Origin: Candidatus Omnitrophota bacterium | GTDB taxonomy: Bacteria > Omnitrophota > Gorgyraeia > Duberdicusellales > 4484-171 | Length of the DNA: 64,000 nt | Direction: 5' to 3' | Assembly (NCBI GenBank): GCA_021735045.1 | Contig: JAIPHU010000005.1 | Location: 647 to 64,646, forward strand | Translations under genes and position numbers: made by a program | The notes under the pieces: model-generated | Databases searched by the model: none | Told to the model about the DNA's origin: nothing | Seen by the model: the letters and a program-made list of their open reading frames with translations, nothing else | Shown: positions 29,763-38,344 of the stretch, one piece after another | Layout of the letters: every line of letters starts with the position of its first letter | How positions within the stretch are numbered: position 1 is the stretch's first letter

Positions 29763-30869
29763 CTAACTTCTATCTTCCCCACCCTGACTCTTATTTACCC
29801 ATTTCAGGTACCCCCAAATAAAGTCATCCAGCTGCCCATTTAATACAGCTTCAGCATTATGATTTTCAATACCTGTTCTGTGGTCTTTTACCAAAAGATA
29901 GGGATGAAGAATATAAGACCTAATCTGTGAACCCCACTCTATCTTTTGTTTTTTACCTTTCATCTTATTAAGCTCATCTTGTTTTTCTTCTTCTTTTAGC
30001 TCAAACAGCTTAGCTTTTAAAACTTTAAAAGCAGCATGTTTATTCTGGTGCTGAGACCGTTGATTCTGGCAACTTACCACTACCCCTGAAGAAATATGAG
30101 TAATCCTTACAGCAGAATCTGTAACGTTAACATGTTGACCACCGGCTCCGGAAGCACGGTAGGTATCTATCCTTACATCCTGCGGTGCAATCTCAATATC
30201 TATGTCACCTTCAATCTCCGGAATAACATCAACTGAAGCAAAAGAAGTATGCCTGCGCCGGCTAGAATCAAAAGGAGAAATTCTTACTAGCCTGTGGACC
30301 CCTCTTTCTGATTTCAACAACCCATAAACGCGTATTCCTTCAATAAAAAAAGTTATACTTTTTATCCCAGCTTCATCCCCTTGAACTTGGTTAACTACCT
30401 TTAGATTAAACTTTTTTTCCTCTGCCCAGCGAAAATACATTCTAAACAACATCTCAGCCCAATCACAAGCTTCTGTGCCACCAGCTCCAGAATTAATTTC
30501 AACTATTGCATTAGCTTGATCAAATTTAGCTGAAAAAAGAGTCTTTAACTCCAATTTTTTATATTTTTTTTCTACTTTTTTTAATTCTTGATTAATTTCT
30601 GGTTCAAGGGAACTATCTCCCATATTAATAAACTCTTCTAGTTCACCCAGCTTACTATGCAAGTATTCCCAATCTCCCACATCAGTTTTAAGCCTTTTTA
30701 ATTTTTTAACCGTTTCAGTTGAAGAATTGTTATTTTGCCAAAAATCTGACTCTGCCATTTGATTCTGTAGTTCTTTCATCTTTTCTTTTTTCTTTTCTAT
30801 TGCTAATACCTTTTTTAAGCCAGCAGTACCTTTTTTTAACGTTAAAACTTTGCTCTTTATATCTTCCAT
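29763..30869 (-). CDS. prfB: peptide chain release factor 2
   Basis: 368 aa. The RF2-specific SPF tripeptide (RISPFDS) and a GGQ motif (GAGGQHVN). The ORF is one continuous frame, so there is no programmed +1 frameshift. Confidence 0.9.
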   Translation of the reverse strand: MEDIKSKVLTLKKGTAGLKKVLAIEKKKEKMKELQNQMAESDFWQNNNSSTETVKKLKRLKTDVGDWEYLHSKLGELEEFINMGDSSLEPEINQELKKVEKKYKKLELKTLFSAKFDQANAIVEINSGAGGTEACDWAEMLFRMYFRWAEEKKFNLKVVNQVQGDEAGIKSITFFIEGIRVYGLLKSERGVHRLVRISPFDSSRRRHTSFASVDVIPEIEGDIDIEIAPQDVRIDTYRASGAGGQHVNVTDSAVRITHISSGVVVSCQNQRSQHQNKHAAFKVLKAKLFELKEEEKQDELNKMKGKKQKIEWGSQIRSYILHPYLLVKDHRTGIENHNAEAVLNGQLDDFIWGYLKWVNKSQGGEDRS

Positions 30870-30895
30870 ATAAATATTATATCGTTTGTTTGGGC

Positions 30896-31963
30896 CTAGA
30901 TAAGATTTTTATTGCGGAACTCTAACTCTAAATCCTCTCTTTGATCTGAGTATTCTAAGGCAACTTGACTGGCTATTTCTTTTGATTCAACCAATTCTAG
31001 AAGTGACTGATTAAATGTCTTCATCCCGTAAACATCCCCCGAAGCTATATATTTAGGTATCTCAAAAATTTTATCTTCTCTTATTAATCTGGATATAGAA
31101 GGGCTTAAAACCATCGACTCATAAGCAGGTATAAGCCCGCCCTCTTGTTTAGGAATTAACCTTTGTGAAACTACACCTTTTAATAAAGTAGAAAGTTGAC
31201 TAATAATTAAACCATGTTGATGAGGCGGGAAAAAGTTTATAATTCTCTGTATTGTTGAAGACGCATTTACCGTATGAATTGTAGAAAAAACTAAAACTCC
31301 AGTCTCAGCCGCAGTTAAAGCAGCATAACAAGTTTCGGCATCTCTAATATTACCTATAAAAATCACATCCGGTGAATGAAGAGCAAACTGCTTTAGGGCT
31401 TCTTTATAGTTTCTTACGTCTTTGCCTATTTCTCTTTGATTTACAATCGAGCGCTTATCTTTAAAAGTAAATTCTACCGGCTCCTCTATAGTTAAGATGT
31501 GATAACCCAAATTATTATTTATATATTCTAACATAGTGGCAATTGTAGTTGACTTACCTGAACCAGTTGCTCCGCTTAAAAGCACCATCCCTCTACGCTG
31601 CTTAGATAAATTAGTCAGTAACTTAGCAGGCAAGTTTAACTCTTTAAAACTGCTAAGTTTTAAGTTAATTTTACGGATTACAACCGCTGGAGTATTTCTT
31701 TGAAAAAAAACACTTATCCTAAACCGCCAATCTTCTTTATACCAAAAAGTAAATTCACAATTTTTCCTCTCTTTTAAATCTTCTTTAGCTTTTAAATCCG
31801 GCAGTTTTTCTATTAAACTATCTATTTCTTCTAATTTTATTTTGGTATCCCCTATTTGAGTAACTCTGCTGTCTATTCTAGCTTTTAGAGGGCTGCCTGC
31901 CCTTATAAATAAATCGGAAGAATTTTTTTCTATCATTATTTCAAATATTTTATCTATATTCAT
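30896..31963 (-). CDS. pilT: type IV pilus retraction ATPase PilT/PilU family
   Basis: 355 aa. Walker A LLSGATGSGKSTT and the PilT-family motif architecture. Confidence 0.85.
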   Translation of the reverse strand: MNIDKIFEIMIEKNSSDLFIRAGSPLKARIDSRVTQIGDTKIKLEEIDSLIEKLPDLKAKEDLKERKNCEFTFWYKEDWRFRISVFFQRNTPAVVIRKINLKLSSFKELNLPAKLLTNLSKQRRGMVLLSGATGSGKSTTIATMLEYINNNLGYHILTIEEPVEFTFKDKRSIVNQREIGKDVRNYKEALKQFALHSPDVIFIGNIRDAETCYAALTAAETGVLVFSTIHTVNASSTIQRIINFFPPHQHGLIISQLSTLLKGVVSQRLIPKQEGGLIPAYESMVLSPSISRLIREDKIFEIPKYIASGDVYGMKTFNQSLLELVESKEIASQVALEYSDQREDLELEFRNKNLI

Positions 31964-32031
31964 AAAACTACTCCTTTATCTGTTGTTTTTTGGGCGAGGA
32001 CAAGCCTCGCCCCTACATTATTACTTCTGAC

Positions 32032-32061
32032 ATTTTATCACATCTTTTATCTCTTTCTCAA
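32032..32061 (-). promoter_or_regulatory. candidate pilT promoter TTGAGA-N18-TAAAAT with a 5'UTR GC hairpin
   Basis: On the minus strand, TTGAGA (complement of 32056-32061), 18 nt, TAAAAT (complement of 32032-32037). The ~60-nt 5'UTR contains the hairpin GGGCGAGG-loop-CCTCGCCC (31992-32012) and the SD AAGGAG (complement of 31971-31976). Confidence 0.35.
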
Positions 32062-32147
32062 ATTTTATTAACTTTTTCTTTATTCAAAATTTTCTTTTCC
32101 AAACTTAGCCATACCATGAAATCGATAAACTTGTTGGCCTTTTGCCC

Positions 32148-33377
32148 TTATTTTTTATATCTTTTCTTCCGGCGAATAAGATGATAAGCATGAGCAAACC
32201 GATGTGCTTCATCTCTGATTCTTTGCAATAACTGCAAACCAGGATTATCTTTGTTGAAAACTTTGGGCTTATTTTTATCAGGCAACCAAACTTCCTCATT
32301 ACGTTTAGCTAAACCAATTAAACTAATATTTAACCCTAATCCGTTTAAAACTTCTTCTCCAGCCGTCACTTGCCCTTTGCCCCCATCGATTAAAATTAAA
32401 TCCGGTAACTGTTTTTTTTCTCTTCTAAGACGTGAGTACCTTCTTAAAACAACTTCTTGAATCCTTTTATAATCATCGATACTTTCTACATCTTTTATCA
32501 AAAAACGGCGATAGCTACTCTTATCGGCTGTAGCATCTCTAAAAACCACAACTGAACCGGTAGCATCATTTTTTCCTAAAGCAGAAATATCAATAGCCTC
32601 AATTAATAAAGGCAACCTAGTTAACCCCAGGCTTCTTTTTAAAACCAGTAATTCGTGTAACCGGGGTTTCCCTTTATAGATATTTTCAATGGCATAAATT
32701 TTATCTCTAATCTTACTGGCTCGTTCGAATCTTTCTAAAGAAGATAACTTTTCCATTTTCTTTTTATAAACAGATATCAGCTCAGGCCTTTTTCCTTTTA
32801 ATATTTTTTTTATAGCTTTAATGTTTTCGTTATAGCTTACTGCAGTAATTTTCTGGGCACATGGCCCCGGGCATAGCCCCAGATAATAATACAGACAAAG
32901 GCTCTTTTTCTTTTTTTTAGAATGGCAAGAACAAAAAGGAAATATTTTTCGAATTAACTTTAAAGCCTTTTTAAGTGAGCCTGTGTCTGTATAAGGCCCA
33001 AAATAATAACTATTTTTTTTATTTTTTGGCCGTGAAATAAAAACACGTGGATACTTTTCTTTGGTAATTTCTATATAAGGATAGCTTTTGCTGTCTTTTA
33101 AAGAAATATTATATTTTGGCTTCTTTTCTTTAATTAAAGCAGCTTCTAAAATCAAGGCTTGCTGAGGACTTTCGCATCTTAGGTAATCGATATCTTTTAC
33201 TTTTTCAATCAACATCCTGTTTTTACCTAAAAGTTTTGAATTAAAGTAGGATGCTACCCTTTTTTTTAAAGAAGTCGCCTTACCCACATACAAAATACTA
33301 CCTTTTGCCGATTTCATAATATAGACGCCGGGGGCATCAGGCAGATTTTTTATTTTTTCTTTAATAGCCATCGCCAA
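32148..33377 (-). CDS. uvrC: excinuclease ABC subunit C, short form lacking the C-terminal (HhH)2 domain
   Basis: 409 aa. GIY-YIG N-terminus (GVYIMKSAKGSILYVGKA), a UVR-like helix, and the RNase-H-like endonuclease domain ending ...IRDEAHRFAHAYH. It stops ~150 aa short of canonical UvrC. Confidence 0.78.
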   Translation of the reverse strand: MAMAIKEKIKNLPDAPGVYIMKSAKGSILYVGKATSLKKRVASYFNSKLLGKNRMLIEKVKDIDYLRCESPQQALILEAALIKEKKPKYNISLKDSKSYPYIEITKEKYPRVFISRPKNKKNSYYFGPYTDTGSLKKALKLIRKIFPFCSCHSKKKKKSLCLYYYLGLCPGPCAQKITAVSYNENIKAIKKILKGKRPELISVYKKKMEKLSSLERFERASKIRDKIYAIENIYKGKPRLHELLVLKRSLGLTRLPLLIEAIDISALGKNDATGSVVVFRDATADKSSYRRFLIKDVESIDDYKRIQEVVLRRYSRLRREKKQLPDLILIDGGKGQVTAGEEVLNGLGLNISLIGLAKRNEEVWLPDKNKPKVFNKDNPGLQLLQRIRDEAHRFAHAYHLIRRKKRYKK

Positions 33378-34885
33378 AATAAATTAACTTGTTTTATCTT
33401 TAAAAAATATCCTCCTAAAAGAAAAATCACAAAACCAATACCGGCTACAACTGCAATTTTTATATATTTATTGTATGAAAATATTTGCCAAATAACCCAA
33501 GATGTTAATCCATGAATTAAACTTAAAGTTAAAACTTTAACAAAATAAATTTTAGTATCTTGCCAAGGAATAGCCCCAATTTTTTCTTTTAACAGATGAA
33601 AAAGTAAGAAAAAATTAAATATAGCAGCTAAACTGCTACCTAAAGCTACTCCCCCAACCCCTAAGGGAAATATTAATATTCCGCTTAATACCACATTAAC
33701 CAAAAGAGCCAAACCAGCACTTTTTGCCGGAGTTTTGGTATCAGCTAAAGCATAAAAAGAGTTAACCATCAACTTTATACCGCAAAAAAATAACAAACCA
33801 AAAGAATAGAAAAAAAGTACTGAGGCAGTAATATTTAAAGAATACAGATCAAACTCACCTCTCCCAAAAATAACATTAATTATACCGCGAGGCAGAAAAA
33901 GAAAAATTAACGAAATTGGTAAAACAAAAAAGATAACATTTTGAAAAGAAAAAACTAAAAGTTCTTTAAACTTATTCATGTCTTTTTCTTTATGATAAAA
34001 AGATAAATCTACCATGACCACCCGCGAAAGTGACAAGATAACGATTGCAAAAGGAAATTGAATTAAACGATTGGCATAATAAATAGAAGCTAAAGCCCCC
34101 TGGCCAACGATAAAGGTAAGTGAAGAAAATATAGTATCAACAAGAACACTTAAATGATAGATAAGACTTGAAAACAACCGGCCGACAAAAAGTTTAAACA
34201 TTTTAATAATTTGGCTATTGCCTAAAGCTTTAATTAAATTAAATTTAAGCCTAAAGCCTTGTCGATATAGAGCAAAAAAAGAAACCAACAACTGGCAAAC
34301 TCCACCGGCTAATACAGAAAAAACTAATACTTTTACCCCAAAAGCCCTGCCAAAAAATAAAATACCGCCAATAAAACAAAGATTTAGAAAAACCGGAGAG
34401 ATGGCAGGAATAAAAAATTTTTTATAAGCATAAAGTATAGATGTAAAATTTGAAGTTAAACCGATCAAAAACAGATAAAAGAAAGTAATTTGGCTAAAAG
34501 ATACTGCTAAATTAAATTTATAGCTTTGAGTTATAAACCCCGGAGCAACCAAGATTACAAAATATTTTGCAAAAATAATACCAATCAAAGTAAATAACAA
34601 AAGAAAGAAACTTAATACACAGATTAAATCTTGCCCAATCCCTATTATTTTTTCTTTATCTTTACGGTATGAAGAAAGCACCGGCGTTGCTACCGAGTCA
34701 GAAAACCCTTCGGCAAAAATAGTTCTAAAAATATTCGGAATCCGAAAAGCTACTAAAAATGCTTCTAACCCAGCTGAGGTACCAAAAAAACTCGCAATCA
34801 AAACATCTCGAATAAATCCAAAAATACGAGACAACAAAGTTCCGGACCCCATTAAGGTGGTATTTTTTGCTATTTGTTTAAACAT
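33350..34885 (-). CDS. murJ: lipid II flippase MurJ (MviN)
   Basis: 511 aa. 14-TM MOP-superfamily protein. Conserved N-terminal LSRIFGFIRDVLIASFFG. Confidence 0.85.
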   Translation of the reverse strand: MFKQIAKNTTLMGSGTLLSRIFGFIRDVLIASFFGTSAGLEAFLVAFRIPNIFRTIFAEGFSDSVATPVLSSYRKDKEKIIGIGQDLICVLSFFLLLFTLIGIIFAKYFVILVAPGFITQSYKFNLAVSFSQITFFYLFLIGLTSNFTSILYAYKKFFIPAISPVFLNLCFIGGILFFGRAFGVKVLVFSVLAGGVCQLLVSFFALYRQGFRLKFNLIKALGNSQIIKMFKLFVGRLFSSLIYHLSVLVDTIFSSLTFIVGQGALASIYYANRLIQFPFAIVILSLSRVVMVDLSFYHKEKDMNKFKELLVFSFQNVIFFVLPISLIFLFLPRGIINVIFGRGEFDLYSLNITASVLFFYSFGLLFFCGIKLMVNSFYALADTKTPAKSAGLALLVNVVLSGILIFPLGVGGVALGSSLAAIFNFFLLFHLLKEKIGAIPWQDTKIYFVKVLTLSLIHGLTSWVIWQIFSYNKYIKIAVVAGIGFVIFLLGGYFLKIKQVNLFWRWLLKKK

Positions 34886-34905
34886 TTTCTTTTCTTAAAA
34901 AATAC

Positions 34906-34934
34906 TTGACAGTTTAAGCCAATTTCTATACAAT
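34906..34934 (+). promoter_or_regulatory. rpsT promoter TTGACA-N17-TACAAT
   Basis: TTGACA 34906-34911, 17 nt, TACAAT 34929-34934. The SD AAGGGGGA sits ~8 nt before the rpsT ATG at 34960. Confidence 0.55.
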
Positions 34935-34959
34935 CTTTTCACTTAACAAAGGGGGAATT

Positions 34960-35217
34960 ATGCCACAAAGAAGAGCAGCAGAAAAAGCGCTTAGACAAAA
35001 CGAACGAAAACGAAAAAGAAATCGCAAGATTAAACAAGAAGTTAAATCTACCTTGAAATCTTTTCGAAAATCTTTAGAAAAAAAAGATTCTGACAGCAGT
35101 AAAAAGAATCTCCAAAAAGTTTACAAGGCATTAGATAAGGCCGCTTCTAAAAAAATAATCCATCCTAATAAAGCAGCCCGGAAGAAAGCCCGCTTAGCTC
35201 GTTCTCTAAGCAAATAA
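34960..35217 (+). CDS. rpsT: 30S ribosomal protein S20
   Basis: 85 aa, basic. MPQRRAAEKALRQNERKRKRN matches the S20 N-terminus. Preceded by a strong promoter and SD. Confidence 0.9.
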   Translation: MPQRRAAEKALRQNERKRKRNRKIKQEVKSTLKSFRKSLEKKDSDSSKKNLQKVYKALDKAASKKIIHPNKAARKKARLARSLSK

Positions 35218-35892
35218 TTTAATCAAAAGCCTTTCCATCAAAAGACGAATATCGGTATTACTTTGTTTTAAAGCCCTATCTGCCTGCCAAAGCTGATCAA
35301 AGGCTTTTTCTTTTTTTCTTGAACTATTAATATATGAAAACTTAGCTGTAACTAAACCTAAAATTTGGGTAGCAACTGCCTTACCTTTAGTTTTTGAACC
35401 CAATAATTCCTCAAGGATAAATAAACAAGATTTAAGGTCATTTCTATATAGCTGTTTGCGAAAATCATCTATACTAAGCTCAGCTGGATAAACTTTACCT
35501 TCATGCCTTATGCTTTTTTCTAAAACATAACTAAAAAAAACATCAGAAATTATTTTTTTCTTTTTTTTCAAAGAAAAATAAGGTATCTCTGACTCAAAAA
35601 TTATATAATTATAATCGAATATTTTTTGAATATTTGCAAATAAAAATTCTCTTGCCGGTTTAGCTAAACTGATAAAATTTTTAATTAAGATTACTTTCTT
35701 TTTTTGGAAAGATAAAGTAAAAACTAAATCTTTAAAAGAATCTAAATTTAGATCCCCTGCATATAGAGTCACTGCCCTAAGGGCAGAGCCCTCATTTTTA
35801 AATATATCTCTTTTAATGTTATTTATAATTTTTCGGCGCTGGAAAGGTTTACCGCCACTTACAAGATATGCCTTAGATTTTGCCCCTACCAT
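35206..35892 (-). CDS. holA: DNA polymerase III delta subunit (short form), probable
   Basis: 228 aa. C-terminal helical region (LWQADRALKQSNTDIRLLMERLLIKL) resembles the delta C-terminal domain. Sits at the holA position downstream of lptE, as in the E. coli leuS-lptE-holA cluster. It is shorter than canonical delta. Confidence 0.55.
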   Translation of the reverse strand: MVGAKSKAYLVSGGKPFQRRKIINNIKRDIFKNEGSALRAVTLYAGDLNLDSFKDLVFTLSFQKKKVILIKNFISLAKPAREFLFANIQKIFDYNYIIFESEIPYFSLKKKKKIISDVFFSYVLEKSIRHEGKVYPAELSIDDFRKQLYRNDLKSCLFILEELLGSKTKGKAVATQILGLVTAKFSYINSSRKKEKAFDQLWQADRALKQSNTDIRLLMERLLIKLFA

Positions 35893-36437
35893 GTCTCAAC
35901 AACTGCTTCAGTTATCCTGCGCGCTGTATCATCAATCAATTCAGCTTGAGTAGCTACTTCACTTTTTTTATCTAAGAAAAAGCTTGCTTGACCAACAATA
36001 CTTTTATCTTGAATAATATCTCCCTTGGAACTAATCAACTTCATTTTTACATGTAAGCGCAACCTTTGTTCTTCAGGATCATCACTATCTGTATATCTAA
36101 GAGTTTGGCGCTTATAGTCGGTCACTTGGCATTCCAGTTTAAGTGCGCCTTCAGGCTCACTTACAACATTTAAGCCACTTTGGATGTTAAACTCTGAAAC
36201 TAATTTATTAGTCAATCTATCTTCAATTAACCTCGGATAAACTGTATAGCCAGAATATTTTCTATCTTCTGAAGTTATATTTATCTTATTAATAACCGGT
36301 TTAATCCTGATTCTATTTTCCTTATACTTATAACCTTTAGTTGAATATCCACAACCAGCTAGAGTCATTAGAAAAACTAATAATAGCTTATAAATTATTG
36401 CCAACTTTTTATTTGTAGTAAGAATTAATTTTAACAT
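35886..36437 (-). CDS. lptE: LptE-like lipoprotein (LPS assembly)
   Basis: 183 aa. Lipobox LAGC and LptE/RlpB length. Sits between bamD-like and holA. Confidence 0.6.
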   Translation of the reverse strand: MLKLILTTNKKLAIIYKLLLVFLMTLAGCGYSTKGYKYKENRIRIKPVINKINITSEDRKYSGYTVYPRLIEDRLTNKLVSEFNIQSGLNVVSEPEGALKLECQVTDYKRQTLRYTDSDDPEEQRLRLHVKMKLISSKGDIIQDKSIVGQASFFLDKKSEVATQAELIDDTARRITEAVVETW

Positions 36438-36441
36438 AGGC

Positions 36442-37392
36442 TCATTTGGATTTTGATAAACCGCCTAACTCTTTAAGTACCTGTTTAGCCTTCTGATAGT
36501 AAGGGGTGTCTGGATATTTATTGATTATTTTTTCTAAGTAAATCTTTGCACTTTGAGGCTTTTTTTGTTTTTTATAGAATAAAGCAATCTCAAATACTTT
36601 CTTAGCTTCTTTACTGCGAAGTTTAGCCAACTGGCCCTTTGCTTTTTTAGATATCTTTGCCTCAGGATGTTCTTTTATAAACTCATCCAGCCTTTGGGTC
36701 GCTTTCTTAAGATAAGATGCATCATAGTCAGCCCCCGGAAAAGCTTGAGCTGTCGCCAAAGCCAGCTGATATTTTGCCGGAGTCGCCCAGCGACTATCTG
36801 GGTAATCATCGATAACTTTCTGAAAAGCTTCCCGTGCTTCTTTAAAACGACTTAGTTGAAGAAAAATTACTCCTAGTTTATATTGAGCTCGAGAAGCATA
36901 CTCCGAATAAGGAGTTTCTTCAACAATACTTTGAAATATTTGAACCGAAGGATGATTAACAAAGTCATATATTGAAATACCCAGCAACTTTTTATTTTCT
37001 CGATTTAAAAAGTATTCTCCAATATTATATTCTCTTTCTACAATCTCATTAATTCGTTTGCTATTAGGATAACTCTGGATTACTTTTTTAAAAGCAAGAT
37101 AAGCTTCATATGGTTTATCAAGTTCTTCTAAGGTCCTACCTAAATAATACTGAGCTTCCGGACCCTCTTTAGAGTCAGGATAATTAACAAGAAGCTTTTT
37201 AAACTCTTTATAAGCCCTTTTAAACTCTCCTTTCTTAAAATACTTAATGGCTTCTTTATATTGAAGGGTTGGAGTAGCAAGGGCAGAATATTCAGGATTC
37301 TTCCATTTTTGAGTCTTCGGTGACCAAATCCAAAATGGATAAGCGTCAAAGCAAATACAAGTAAATATTACCAAAAGAATCAATCTAATCAT
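36442..37392 (-). CDS. bamD: TPR-repeat outer-membrane assembly lipoprotein, BamD/YfiO-like
   Basis: 316 aa. N-terminal hydrophobic signal, then multiple TPR repeats with YYLG/YKLG motifs, as in BamD. Confidence 0.6.
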   Translation of the reverse strand: MIRLILLVIFTCICFDAYPFWIWSPKTQKWKNPEYSALATPTLQYKEAIKYFKKGEFKRAYKEFKKLLVNYPDSKEGPEAQYYLGRTLEELDKPYEAYLAFKKVIQSYPNSKRINEIVEREYNIGEYFLNRENKKLLGISIYDFVNHPSVQIFQSIVEETPYSEYASRAQYKLGVIFLQLSRFKEAREAFQKVIDDYPDSRWATPAKYQLALATAQAFPGADYDASYLKKATQRLDEFIKEHPEAKISKKAKGQLAKLRSKEAKKVFEIALFYKKQKKPQSAKIYLEKIINKYPDTPYYQKAKQVLKELGGLSKSK

Positions 37393-37443
37393 AAAGAAAA
37401 TATATCAGAACCTCTTCTCTTTGTCAATCTATATGCAAAAACC

Positions 37444-37470
37444 AAAAAATTCCCACCGCGGAGGTGGGAA
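37444..37470 (-). terminator. intrinsic terminator of the yefM-yoeB operon (hairpin repeat A)
   Basis: On the minus strand, an 8-bp stem TTCCCACC/GGTGGGAA with a 5-nt loop, followed by TTTTTT (complement of AAAAAA at 37444-37449). Confidence 0.5.
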
Positions 37471-37487
37471 ATGGTTATTATTCTTAA

Positions 37488-37549
37488 CATTCGAATTAAG
37501 CGGCCCGCCTCGACAGCCGAAGGCTGGCGGGCGAGGTCTCGCTCGAATG
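37488..37549. other. GC-rich structured ~62-nt element in the 3'UTR of yefM-yoeB
   Basis: Nested complementarity: cattcga/tcgaatg (37488-94 with 37543-49), then gcccgcc/ggcgggc (37503-09 with 37526-32) enclosing the triloop hairpin agcc-gaa-ggct. It stands out as much more GC-rich than its AT-rich surroundings. Confidence 0.3.
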
Positions 37550-37574
37550 AGTTATCAGACATTTTTATCTAAAT

Positions 37575-37838
37575 CTATTCATAATGCGTCCATAATCGAA
37601 TAATTTTTATGGTTTTGTATTTTTTTATAATTTGGTAAACTACACGATGCTGAATATTTATTCTTCGGGAATAAGCCCCTTCCAAGTCCCCTATTAATTT
37701 TTCAAAAGGTGGGTGTTTTTGGTAAGGATCTTTTTCTAAAATTTCAAGAATAGCTTCTGCTTTTGAGCGTAGCCCTGCAGCGGAAAGTTTTTTGGCATCT
37801 TTTTGCGCTTGCTTAGTATAGACGAGTTTCCAGCTCAC
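37575..37838 (-). CDS. yoeB: type II toxin, YoeB/Txe (RelE superfamily)
   Basis: 87 aa. Aligns with E. coli YoeB along its length (cf. ...FWSRRITKEHRLVY) and ends in HY. Overlaps the upstream yefM by 4 nt. Confidence 0.85.
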   Translation of the reverse strand: MSWKLVYTKQAQKDAKKLSAAGLRSKAEAILEILEKDPYQKHPPFEKLIGDLEGAYSRRINIQHRVVYQIIKKYKTIKIIRLWTHYE

Positions 37839-38077
37839 CAGTTTAGCTTTTTATCGCATTTTTTAAGAGGAGTTTTTAATCCTTTGCGGATCGATTCCCT
37901 CATTTTAGGAATAGAAAGCAAAAATAAAGTTTCTTTAATTGCTCTCCAATCCTCTTGGCTAATCAGGACAGCATCGTGCCTTTTGCCACTAATTTGGATA
38001 GGTTCGTGAGATTCAGCTAATTTATCTAACAATTTATATAATTTTGCTCTTGCTTGGCTTGCTGTTAAAGTTGTCAT
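37835..38077 (-). CDS. yefM: type II antitoxin, YefM/Phd family
   Basis: 80 aa. MTTLTASQARAKLYKLLDKLAESHEPIQISGKRHDAVLISQEDWRAIKETLFLL matches the YefM/Phd fold region. Strong SD GGAGGTG upstream. Confidence 0.85.
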   Translation of the reverse strand: MTTLTASQARAKLYKLLDKLAESHEPIQISGKRHDAVLISQEDWRAIKETLFLLSIPKMRESIRKGLKTPLKKCDKKLNW

Positions 38078-38126
38078 TGCTTTTCACCTCCATATAAAAC
38101 GTACCATATTGCGTACGTCTTGTCAA
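38078..38126 (-). promoter_or_regulatory. yefM-yoeB promoter with palindromic operator (two GTAC cores 12 bp centre-to-centre)
   Basis: On the minus strand, TTGACA (complement of 38121-38126), then ACGTACgcaatatgGTACGT (38099-38118). GTAC cores 12 bp apart match the E. coli yefM-yoeB L/S operator repeats. SD GGAGGTG, ATG at 38077. Confidence 0.5.
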
Positions 38127-38308
38127 GGTGCTTTTATTTTTATTATTTATGCCTAACATCTACTATACAGCCGTCGTAATTTGTAAAAACTCCTATTTTT
38201 AAGGTAGCATATTTTTATAAATTTCTGAAAAAAATGCCAATTTATTTCGTCTATAAGCAGAGGGTAAAAAAATAGGCGGCTTCCACCTAACAAGAAAGTT
38301 TTTTAGCA

Positions 38309-38340
38309 AATAAAACCATTTCCCACCTCCGAGGTGGGAA
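38309..38340 (-). terminator. probable intrinsic terminator of comEC (hairpin repeat B)
   Basis: Immediately 3' of the comEC stop (38345-38347). An 8-bp stem TTCCCACC/GGTGGGAA with loop TCCGA, followed on the minus strand by AATGGTTTTATTTG (U-rich but interrupted). Confidence 0.4.
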
Positions 38341-38344
38341 TCGG

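Noticed and set aside
29763-30869. Programmed +1 frameshift in prfB
   Set aside because: The RF2 ORF is a single continuous frame from the N-terminus through SPF and GGQ. There is no in-frame UGA or CUU-UGA-C slippery site near codon 25.
31992-32012. GC hairpin between uvrC and pilT as an intrinsic terminator
   Set aside because: The U-run is on the wrong side for either strand (T-run precedes the hairpin on plus, A-run follows it on minus). It is more likely a 5'UTR stem-loop of pilT.
32105-32299. 64-aa ORF overlapping the uvrC 3' end, as a possible detached HhH domain
   Set aside because: Its translation has no GIGxxxA-type helix-hairpin-helix motif. It overlaps uvrC in another frame and is most likely spurious.
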